From the IMG/VR virus record IMGVR_UViG_3300033388_007730, positions 124,001 through 188,000 of that record: a stretch of DNA of 64,000 nt. One strand, 5' to 3'. Positions 57,196-64,000 of this stretch are shown here, one piece after another (the first letter of the stretch is position 1; every line of letters begins with the position of its first letter). The notes beneath the pieces are model-generated. The model worked only from the letters and a program-made list of their open reading frames with translations. It was not told the DNA's origin and did no database searches. Position numbers and translations under genes: made by a program.

Positions 57196-59568
57196 ATGGA
57201 AGATATAAATATCAAATCATTATTACAAGGTGGAATTCGTAAAGATCCAGAAGATGATAGAGATTTTATTTTTACAACACCACATATTCCTGATCATACT
57301 GTCTTGGGAAGTGCTGATTCTATTCCATTAAAAATAGATCATTCTAATAAGATGGGTTCGGTTAAGTTTCAAGGTGCGTTAGGATGCCATGATATTAGAA
57401 CAGAAATACTTACAGAAAAAGGTTGGAAACTATTTAAAGATTTGGATAAAGAAGAAAAAGTAGCTACCGTTAATCCTAATACCCATGAAATTGAATATCA
57501 AGAGCCAATTAATTATTTAGAATATGATTATGAAGGAGATATGTATTATTTTCACCATAAAAGTGGATTAGATGCTATGGTTACTCCTAATCATAAGATG
57601 TATGTCAAGAAATGGGATAATAAAAATATGACATTAAAAGAAGAATTTGAATTCATTGAAGCACAAAATATGGGTTGGTATTCTGGATTGTTGACAAAAA
57701 TTGATTGGGATGGGATCTCTCCCAAAACAATGAAAATGCCAGATGTTGAGATAGGACAAAGAAATGGAAGCAAAAAACAATCTATAAGAATAGGTAAAGA
57801 AATTGATACTACTAATTTCATTACATTTTTGGGATTATATTTAGCAGAGGGCTGTTGTTATCGTCCTGAGGGTAGTGGATCTTACAGAATTGAGATCGCC
57901 GCTAGTGACAATAATGATAGGAAAAATGAAGTTATTGAAATTATTGATGATTTGCCGTATAAATATACTATTTATCATGATAGGATAACAATATGGAATA
58001 AATCTTTATATACATTTCTTAAGCCTTTTGGGAATGTTTATACTAAGTCAGTACCAAGATTTGTTATGGATTTGAATAAAAAGGATATCGCTGCATTTAT
58101 GTATGGTTATTATTTAGGAGATGGATCTTTTCATGATAATGGGGCAAGGACAGGGTATTCGGTATCTGAACATTTAATTGATGATCTTCAAGAACTATCT
58201 TTGAAAATAGGGGTATATAGTAGGAAAAAAAGTAGATCACCTAGAATTGCATATATTAAAGGTAGAAAAATTTTTGGTAAAGAAAGTTATGAACTTCATG
58301 AAAGACAAATAGATACGAAGTTGTCGATAGATAGAAATAAATATTCATCCAAAGTTCCATATAATAATAAAGTATATTGTGTAGAAGTCCCTAATCACAT
58401 ACTTATTACTAGAAGGGGTGGTTGTATTCTAATTTCTGGCAATTCGTGCGTAGCGTTTGCAGCTTGTGCTTTAAAAGAGTGGCAAGAAACAATAGAACAT
58501 GAAAAGGAAGTTTTGGCAGGGAAAAAAGATCATAGAGAAGGTAAAGAATATAATTTGTCTGAACAGTGGATTTATTGGAATTGTAAAAAAATAGATCCAT
58601 GGCCTAATTCTGAAGGAACAAATCTGAGATCAGCTATGAGAGTATTAAATAAGATTGGAGTTCCTACCGAACAAGCTTGGGGTTACACTGATGATAAGGT
58701 GAACATTGGTGAACCTGAAAGCTGGGCATATATGATAGCAAGGTGGAATTTAATAGGGTCTTATTGGAGAATATCAGGATTAGATCAAATTAAAAAAGCA
58801 TTGATCGAGAGTCCTATTATTATTGGGATGGCTTGTTTTAGAGAAATGTATGGTAATTTAGAACATGGTTTAATACCTTATCCTGCTAATCCTGGAGAAG
58901 TAATGTCTCATCATGCTGTTTGTGTTGTTGGTTATGATGAAGAGAAAAAACTCTTAAAATTTAAAAATAGTTGGTCTAAGTTCTGGGGAGATGTTGGTTA
59001 TGGATATATACCTTATGATTATGTAAGAGATTTTGTATGGGATGCGTGGATTGCTAGAGATATTAGTGTAACTCATGAAATGCTTGAAGGTACTAGATTA
59101 TTGGTAGGTGCAGATGTACCAACAGTAATAGAGATAGCTGAGACACCACTTATACAAAAAGATACAGAAGAGAATTTTTCTTTTGTAGGATTTAAGTATC
59201 CTTCTCTTTTAGATACTTTTTCTATTATTAAAGATATTTTTGGAGTTCCAGAAATAGAGATATTTAGAGCTTCTAAAAAGGTGGGAGTTAAATTAGAAGA
59301 TTCTTCATCTATTAACTTATTCTGTAAAAAATATTTTGCTGAGTTTAGAAAAGAATCTGTAAAGAAATATGGATTTGAAGTCGATGTTATTAAAGTGGAT
59401 GATGAATATCCAATTATTGGTATTTGTTTGTGTGAAAAAGAAATTAGTGATAAATTTGATGAAAATCAGATAAAGATAGAAGATGTAATGAAAAAAGTGG
59501 TTGGCATGAGAGATATATTGGCTCTTGGCAAAGATATAATAATTTACAATGGTGTGAGAAAATATTAA
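57196..59568 (+). CDS. Papain-family (C1A) cysteine protease containing an intein
   Basis: Spliced motif QGALGSCVAFA, LSEQWIY, HAVCVVGYD, KNSWSKFWGDVGYG. Confidence 0.9.
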   Translation: MEDINIKSLLQGGIRKDPEDDRDFIFTTPHIPDHTVLGSADSIPLKIDHSNKMGSVKFQGALGCHDIRTEILTEKGWKLFKDLDKEEKVATVNPNTHEIEYQEPINYLEYDYEGDMYYFHHKSGLDAMVTPNHKMYVKKWDNKNMTLKEEFEFIEAQNMGWYSGLLTKIDWDGISPKTMKMPDVEIGQRNGSKKQSIRIGKEIDTTNFITFLGLYLAEGCCYRPEGSGSYRIEIAASDNNDRKNEVIEIIDDLPYKYTIYHDRITIWNKSLYTFLKPFGNVYTKSVPRFVMDLNKKDIAAFMYGYYLGDGSFHDNGARTGYSVSEHLIDDLQELSLKIGVYSRKKSRSPRIAYIKGRKIFGKESYELHERQIDTKLSIDRNKYSSKVPYNNKVYCVEVPNHILITRRGGCILISGNSCVAFAACALKEWQETIEHEKEVLAGKKDHREGKEYNLSEQWIYWNCKKIDPWPNSEGTNLRSAMRVLNKIGVPTEQAWGYTDDKVNIGEPESWAYMIARWNLIGSYWRISGLDQIKKALIESPIIIGMACFREMYGNLEHGLIPYPANPGEVMSHHAVCVVGYDEEKKLLKFKNSWSKFWGDVGYGYIPYDYVRDFVWDAWIARDISVTHEMLEGTRLLVGADVPTVIEIAETPLIQKDTEENFSFVGFKYPSLLDTFSIIKDIFGVPEIEIFRASKKVGVKLEDSSSINLFCKKYFAEFRKESVKKYGFEVDVIKVDDEYPIIGICLCEKEISDKFDENQIKIEDVMKKVVGMRDILALGKDIIIYNGVRKY
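57385..58443 (+). mobile_element. Intein (353 aa) with LAGLIDADG endonuclease at the protease active site
   Basis: QGALG|CHDIRTEILT ... VYCVEVPNH...ISGN|SCVAF; VTPNHKM; FLGLYLAEG and YYLGDG. Confidence 0.93.
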
Positions 59569-59576
59569 AAAAAGTG

Positions 59577-59604
59577 TTGATATTTGTATTTTTTCTGCTA
59601 TAAT
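59577..59604 (+). promoter_or_regulatory. Sigma70-like promoter for the tmRNA
   Basis: TTGATA-N16-TATAAT with TG-n extension. Confidence 0.55.
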
Positions 59605-59629
59605 ACGATAGTTCTTATAAAATTAAATA

Positions 59630-60011
59630 GGGGACGACAGGATTGACTGGATAGGTAGAAAATTGAATTGCATGTCAGAGATGGTAGTTGGCTCTGTAAA
59701 AAATCTACTAAAAAGTTTAATTGCAAACAGTTACGCAATGGCTGCTTAAGCAGCAGGAGGGTGGCATAGCCTACCTTCCACCGATGTCTGTAAGGGAGTT
59801 TCCTGCTGGAACTTACAGGCTAATTTAGGCAGGATAGCCGAGAAACATTTTCTCATGGTGTGATTGGCGACAAGTCCCGATAAGGGGATGAGATAGCGAA
59901 AGTTAGGGTTAGTCCGTTGTTCCTAACATAGTGAAAAAAAAACAACGGACTATACATGTAGATGTTTGATTTGAAATATCACAGGACGAGGCTTCAATGC
60001 CTCCGTCTCCA
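59630..60011 (+). ncRNA. ssrA: tmRNA; tag (A)ANSYAMAA at 59723-59749
   Basis: 5' GGGGACG pairs with 3' CGTCTCC-A with G3:U; T-arm GAGGC-TTCAAT-GCCTC; GCATGT/ACATGT helix; resume codon GCA; tag ends AA*. Confidence 0.92.
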
Positions 60012-60041
60012 TTATGATGAAGTTTTTTTAAGGATGTAATA

Positions 60042-60392
60042 ATGAGTAGAGTAGGATTATTAGTAATATTGTTTTTGACTTCTTTTCTCTTTTGTGGTTG
60101 TGATAAACCAGAACCAAGACCAAGACCGAAATTCGGTAAAGGTCAAAAAGTTATTCATAGAGCTACAAGTAAAGAGTGTTATGTAATTAACTCTACTTAT
60201 GATTATACCGAATCAGTTGGATGGACTTGTGCTGTATATTCTTATATGACATAAGAAGAGATTGAGACATTGGAAAAGTCTGTTACTGGTATTACTAAAA
60301 AATGTAATGTTGAAGCTGGACAAATACAATTGTGTGAACATGTTTATAAAAGTATGTTAGAACCTACAGAAGATGATTATAGAAAGGATTAA
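60042..60392 (+). pseudogene. Lipoprotein-like ORF with an in-frame TAA at 60252-60254
   Basis: Hydrophobic signal with a lipobox-like FCGC; the frame stays open 45 codons past the TAA, up to the next gene. Confidence 0.5.
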
Positions 60393-60394
60393 AA

Positions 60395-60565
60395 ATGAAA
60401 GCATATGGACGTAAAAATCCTATAAGGGATGGAGCAAGGAAGAATAGAAAACATTCTCGTAGAGGGAATGTTTGTTCTGTATGTAATAACACTAAAATTA
60501 GTAAAGGAAGTGCTAGGCAGAAAATGAAAAATATATTAGCAAATGGAGATATCGATTTCCTGTGA
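60395..60565 (+). CDS. Small basic CxxC protein (56 aa)
   Basis: AAGGA RBS; MKAYGRK...CSVC...KGSARQ. Confidence 0.55.
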   Translation: MKAYGRKNPIRDGARKNRKHSRRGNVCSVCNNTKISKGSARQKMKNILANGDIDFL

Positions 60566-60594
60566 TTTACTAACTAATTTATAGGAGACTGATA

Positions 60595-60966
60595 ATGAGT
60601 AGAACGTATCGAAGAGATGCAGTTGTATTAGACTGTAATTGTGGCGCACCTGTAGGATCTCATTGGAGATTTTTTTGGAGACCAGGATCTATTACTCCTA
60701 ATAGGGAAATAGATATAGAACTTAGAAGATCTCGTAGTAGAGGATTACCACCAGATAGAATGTGTCATTGTTGGACTAATAAACAATATGATTTTTATTC
60801 TAAAAGAAATTACAAGAGAGATCATAAATCTTGGCGTAAATGTAACAGAACTTGGAAAAAGATTTATCAAAAGAAACGTAGAGCCAGGATTAGAGCAGCA
60901 ATGAGTCATAAGGATTATGAGAATATTCCTAAATTCAGAAAGGAAAATGACTGGAATTGGATTTAA
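60595..60966 (+). CDS. Arg/Lys/Trp-rich hypothetical protein
   Basis: AGGAG RBS; MSRTYRR...RRARIRAAM...WNWI. Confidence 0.6.
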   Translation: MSRTYRRDAVVLDCNCGAPVGSHWRFFWRPGSITPNREIDIELRRSRSRGLPPDRMCHCWTNKQYDFYSKRNYKRDHKSWRKCNRTWKKIYQKKRRARIRAAMSHKDYENIPKFRKENDWNWI

Positions 60967-60988
60967 TTTTCACCCTTCTCTAGTCCCC

Positions 60989-61023
60989 TGCCTCTCATCT
61001 CTTGTAGATGGGAGGCATTTTTT
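60989..61023 (+). terminator. Rho-independent terminator
   Basis: TGCCTCTCATCT-CTTGT-AGATGGGAGGCA followed by T6. Confidence 0.85.
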
Positions 61024-61047
61024 ATTTATAAATTTTATGTTTTTTAG

Positions 61048-61076
61048 TTGAAAGTGATTATTTTTTATGGTATAAT
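61048..61076 (+). promoter_or_regulatory. AAAGTGA-box promoter, probably leaderless
   Basis: TTGAAAGTGATTATTTTTTATGGTATAAT ending 6 nt before ATG 61083. Confidence 0.75.
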
Positions 61077-61082
61077 ATCGTT

Positions 61083-61700
61083 ATGAAAGATGGAATAAAA
61101 AATGAAGAAGTTCTTTCAGAAGAACAACAAAAACTCATATCTAAAAATATGGGACTTTTAGATGCTTTTTACAAGACTGAGATAGGAAAAGGGTATATCC
61201 CTGATCAAAAAAAAGATGATTTTTTCAGTAATCTTCAACAGAGATTTTGTAATGCTGCTCTTAAATATAATGAAGATGCTGGGTTTAAGTTTAGTACTTT
61301 TGCTTATGGTAGTTTTATTTTTTGTGCAGCAGAAATGAAAAAAAAGCTTTTCAGAGACAGAAAAGTTTTTACTGGTAATGATAAGAAATTTGTTTCATAT
61401 GGAAAAAAATCTGTTTGGAATTCTATAAATGGATGGGATGTTGATTCTGTTATCAATTATGAAAAGGTAGTTAATCTTGTAAATAAAGTTCCTTTATCTG
61501 AAAAAGAAAGAACAGTAATTAATTTTTATTATTTTGAGGGTCTTACTCTTTTAGAAACAGGAAAAAAATTGGGACTCTCCAGACAAAGAATAAAACAAAT
61601 AACATTAGAAGCTATTTATAAAATTAAGAGATTTGCTGATAGAAGAGATTATAGAATAGGAGATTTTGTTAAGTATGGTGAAGGGTTTGTAAATGGCTAG
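61083..61700 (+). CDS. Alternative sigma-70 factor (SigF/FliA-like, regions 2 and 4)
   Basis: YNEDAGFKFSTFAY, LSEKERTVI..YYFEGLTLLETGKKLGLSRQRIKQI. Confidence 0.85.
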   Translation: MKDGIKNEEVLSEEQQKLISKNMGLLDAFYKTEIGKGYIPDQKKDDFFSNLQQRFCNAALKYNEDAGFKFSTFAYGSFIFCAAEMKKKLFRDRKVFTGNDKKFVSYGKKSVWNSINGWDVDSVINYEKVVNLVNKVPLSEKERTVINFYYFEGLTLLETGKKLGLSRQRIKQITLEAIYKIKRFADRRDYRIGDFVKYGEGFVNG

Positions 61701-62298
61701 ACCTTATGGAGGACACTATTTAACAGAAGAGCAGAAGAAATTAGCAGGAGATAATCTCCCTCTTGTCTGGTGGTTCATAAGTAAGTATGCATTGACAAAA
61801 GGAGTTATTCAAGTTCATGAAATAGATGAATGTTCTGGTTATTTGATTTGGCATCTGTGTATGTCTGCTGAAGCTTATGATCCTGATAGAGGCGTTAAAT
61901 TTAGTAGCTATGCTGTGAAAGGAATGTGGAGCGGATTACATATTTATTTAAATCTTAGAAATAAGCGTATTAATAGATTTATATCAACTGACTGGACTAT
62001 GCAGGGCAATGACGGAGCCATGTCTAATGAACCAGAATATAAGTCTAAAGCAGAGAGGACCATTAAGTGGAAAGATATTAAATCTTTATTTGATATCATA
62101 ACCATGAGTCCATTAGAAGAGCAAATTGTTTTCTTCACTTATGAGAAAAAATATTCTGCTAAACGGGTAGGAGACATTGTAGGTTTAACAGGAGAACGTA
62201 TCAGACAGCTTAAAGTAATAATAATTGATAAAATAAAAATTGCTGTTAAGGAAAATAATGTTTCGATAGAAGATTTTATTATGGATGATAAGGAATAG
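61693..62298 (+). CDS. Alternative sigma-70 factor (SigF/FliA-like), paralog of 61083
   Basis: LTEEQKKLAGDNLPLV, YDPDRGVKFSSYA, VGDIVGLTGERIRQL. Confidence 0.85.
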   Translation: MARPYGGHYLTEEQKKLAGDNLPLVWWFISKYALTKGVIQVHEIDECSGYLIWHLCMSAEAYDPDRGVKFSSYAVKGMWSGLHIYLNLRNKRINRFISTDWTMQGNDGAMSNEPEYKSKAERTIKWKDIKSLFDIITMSPLEEQIVFFTYEKKYSAKRVGDIVGLTGERIRQLKVIIIDKIKIAVKENNVSIEDFIMDDKE

Positions 62299-62299
62299 T

Positions 62300-63031
62300 A
62301 TGGTTAAAGGAAGTCCATTAATACATAAAGGTGTTAAAACAAAAATTGATACTATAGGAGAATTGATATATTCTTATAGGATAGCAAAGGGATTAACTCA
62401 GGTAGATTTAGGAAAAGCTATAGGAACATATATAAGAGTATATAAATTTGAAGAGTTTAGTCCAATGATACTTAAATATGAAAAAGGGTATGCCTTGCCA
62501 GGTTGTCACAATATTTATATGTTATCAGAAGTTCTTGGCATAGAAAAAGAACCTTTTTTTAATATGGTTCTTAAAGAACATTATAATAGATTTATCGAAA
62601 AACATCATGAGAAATTTTTTCAAGTTATTAGGATGATGGAAAAGGGAAAAGAGCTATCATCTATTGATACACTATGTAGATATGTTTTCTGCCATGAAGG
62701 AAAATTGAAACATAATTTTTCTAAATCTTCTAAGATATTAAAAAATGCTTTTTGGAAAAAAAAGATTACTGATAAGATTACTTATAAGTCAATGGCTATT
62801 GAATTGAATAGTCGTGATGGGACGCGATATTATGATTACCGCGATCTTTGTAATATAATGCATGGCAGAAGATTACTTAGTTTAAGAGTCTTATTTGAAA
62901 TATGCGATTATTTAGAAATAGAATCATTTAAATTACATAAAACAATAGTAGAAGAAAGAGCATTTGCTCATGCGGTAAATATGATGGAACAATGGGAAAT
63001 TTGTAAACAAGAAAGAAAAAATAATGGATAA
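62300..63031 (+). CDS. Tandem XRE-type HTH protein
   Basis: YRIAKGLTQVDLGKAIG...YEKG..LP; second unit TYKSMAIEL...ICDYLEI. Confidence 0.65.
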   Translation: MVKGSPLIHKGVKTKIDTIGELIYSYRIAKGLTQVDLGKAIGTYIRVYKFEEFSPMILKYEKGYALPGCHNIYMLSEVLGIEKEPFFNMVLKEHYNRFIEKHHEKFFQVIRMMEKGKELSSIDTLCRYVFCHEGKLKHNFSKSSKILKNAFWKKKITDKITYKSMAIELNSRDGTRYYDYRDLCNIMHGRRLLSLRVLFEICDYLEIESFKLHKTIVEERAFAHAVNMMEQWEICKQERKNNG

Positions 63032-63602
63032 AAAAATTACAATAATAAAAAAATTAACAGATTTCAAGTGGATTAATTTATTTAATGTGAAGTATACCAA
63101 CGCTAAAGGTAATTTAGTAGATTGGGTCTTTGCTTCTCGAAAAAAAGATCCACTGGATTATGATGGTGTTGATGCTGTAGTTATTGTGCCATTAATAGAT
63201 ACTCCTGAAGGCAGAAAAGTAGTTATTATTAAGGAGTATAGAGTTGCGATAAGTGGTTATGAATATGGGTTTCCAGCAGGATTGGTGGAGGATGGATTCA
63301 GTGTTGAAGAAACAGCAAGAAAAGAGTTGAGAGAGGAAACTGGATTTGTGATAAGAGATCTTATTAGTAGAACTAATAAGATATATACTTCTCCTGGTCT
63401 TAGCGATGAATCTTGTGTTATAGTTTTTGCAGAAGTAGTAGGAAATTTTAGTACAGATTATCAGGAAGCTACTGAAGATATAGAATCTATGTTAATGGGA
63501 GTTGAAGAAGTAAGAGATCTCCTTGATGATCCTGATAAGAAGATAGGATCTAAAGCTTGGGGAGTTCTTTACTATTATTCTCAAATAGGAGAGATTAAAT
63601 AA
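63024..63602 (+). CDS. NUDIX hydrolase (ADP-ribose pyrophosphatase-like)
   Basis: FPAGLVEDG...ETARKELREETG, SPGLSDE. Confidence 0.9.
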   Translation: MDKKITIIKKLTDFKWINLFNVKYTNAKGNLVDWVFASRKKDPLDYDGVDAVVIVPLIDTPEGRKVVIIKEYRVAISGYEYGFPAGLVEDGFSVEETARKELREETGFVIRDLISRTNKIYTSPGLSDESCVIVFAEVVGNFSTDYQEATEDIESMLMGVEEVRDLLDDPDKKIGSKAWGVLYYYSQIGEIK

Positions 63603-63609
63603 TGCCTCA

Positions 63610-64000
63610 TTATAATAAGGTTATATTATATTTTCTATCCAGATGAATTGTGCTATTTTGATAGAGCCAATTCGTGAGTTTGTGGCATTGTTTATTGCCA
63701 CCAATAGTTAATCCTTTAGCTTTGCCTTTATTTTGAAGTTTTTTATATTTTATATTTAGTTCTTTGAAAAATAAATACTGTAGAGAATTAAGAAATTTTT
63801 CTGTTCCGACAATAGTGATTTGAAGGTTTCTGCGATTTCCATTTTTTCGGTAGCATATACAGCCATCTCCATCGATATAACCTCTGATAAAGTGATGTTG
63901 AAGATTATAATCTATATTGGGGAATTTTAGGGTGAGGCTTTTTCTTGGAGTGCAACCTAATTTTATGAGATCGTTGCATAGTTTATTAGAATAATATCTT
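63610..64000 (-). CDS. LAGLIDADG homing endonuclease, 5'-truncated by the window edge
   Basis: Minus-strand frame LGCTPRKSLTLKFP...HFIRGYIDGDGC...LDRKYNITLL*; not in the ORF track. Confidence 0.85.
   Translation of the reverse strand, partial: RYYSNKLCNDLIKLGCTPRKSLTLKFPNIDYNLQHHFIRGYIDGDGCICYRKNGNRRNLQITIVGTEKFLNSLQYLFFKELNIKYKKLQNKGKAKGLTIGGNKQCHKLTNWLYQNSTIHLDRKYNITLL

Noticed and set aside
1325-62138. The many other short minus-strand or nested ORFs in the track (e.g. 1325, 3844, 5788, 24472, 28379, 31326, 43671, 49472, 50027)
   Set aside because: They lie inside well-supported genes and show no motifs or RBS

Overview
AT-rich, gene-dense, almost entirely + strand DNA that is best read as a segment of a huge (jumbo) phage genome. 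This is an inference: the window has phage-type nucleotide-metabolism genes, homing endonucleases and inteins, but no ribosomal or other core cellular operon, and no capsid or terminase gene that I can identify with confidence. FabD, SSB and a DUF2997-like protein resemble Planctomycetota (Phycisphaerae) versions, a weak host hint. Contents in order: (1) a ~13.6 kb nucleotide-sugar synthesis and decoration cluster (intein-split GDP-mannose dehydratase, TPP-dependent E1 alpha/beta pair, SDRs, B12 radical SAM, RmlC, FkbM, GT2, CysC fusion); (2) a Pol III-type replication set (TopA, intein-split DnaX, DnaN, HolA-like, RuvC-like, SSB); (3) three sigma factors; (4) a CCA-adding/HD enzyme, a tmRNA and an HNH-RNA ligase; (5) a Cys-rich poly-Ser protein next to glycosyltransferases; (6) a PAS histidine kinase and two stand-alone receivers; (7) ThyX, dCMP deaminase, dNMP kinase, NUDIX; (8) a papain-like protease with an intein beside its catalytic Cys. 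The strongest signals not explained by gene annotation are a promoter element AAAGTGA-N12/13-(-10 box) found 10 times, candidate sigma28-like and sigmaH-like promoters suggesting a sigma cascade, a recurrent RF(D/E)xxD(L/F) peptide motif with a possible -1 frameshift that appends it, a (ATGGAGGAA)7 repeat, and a shared M-x-W-(Y/F)-K N-terminus. All family assignments come from recognising motifs by eye; no database search was run.
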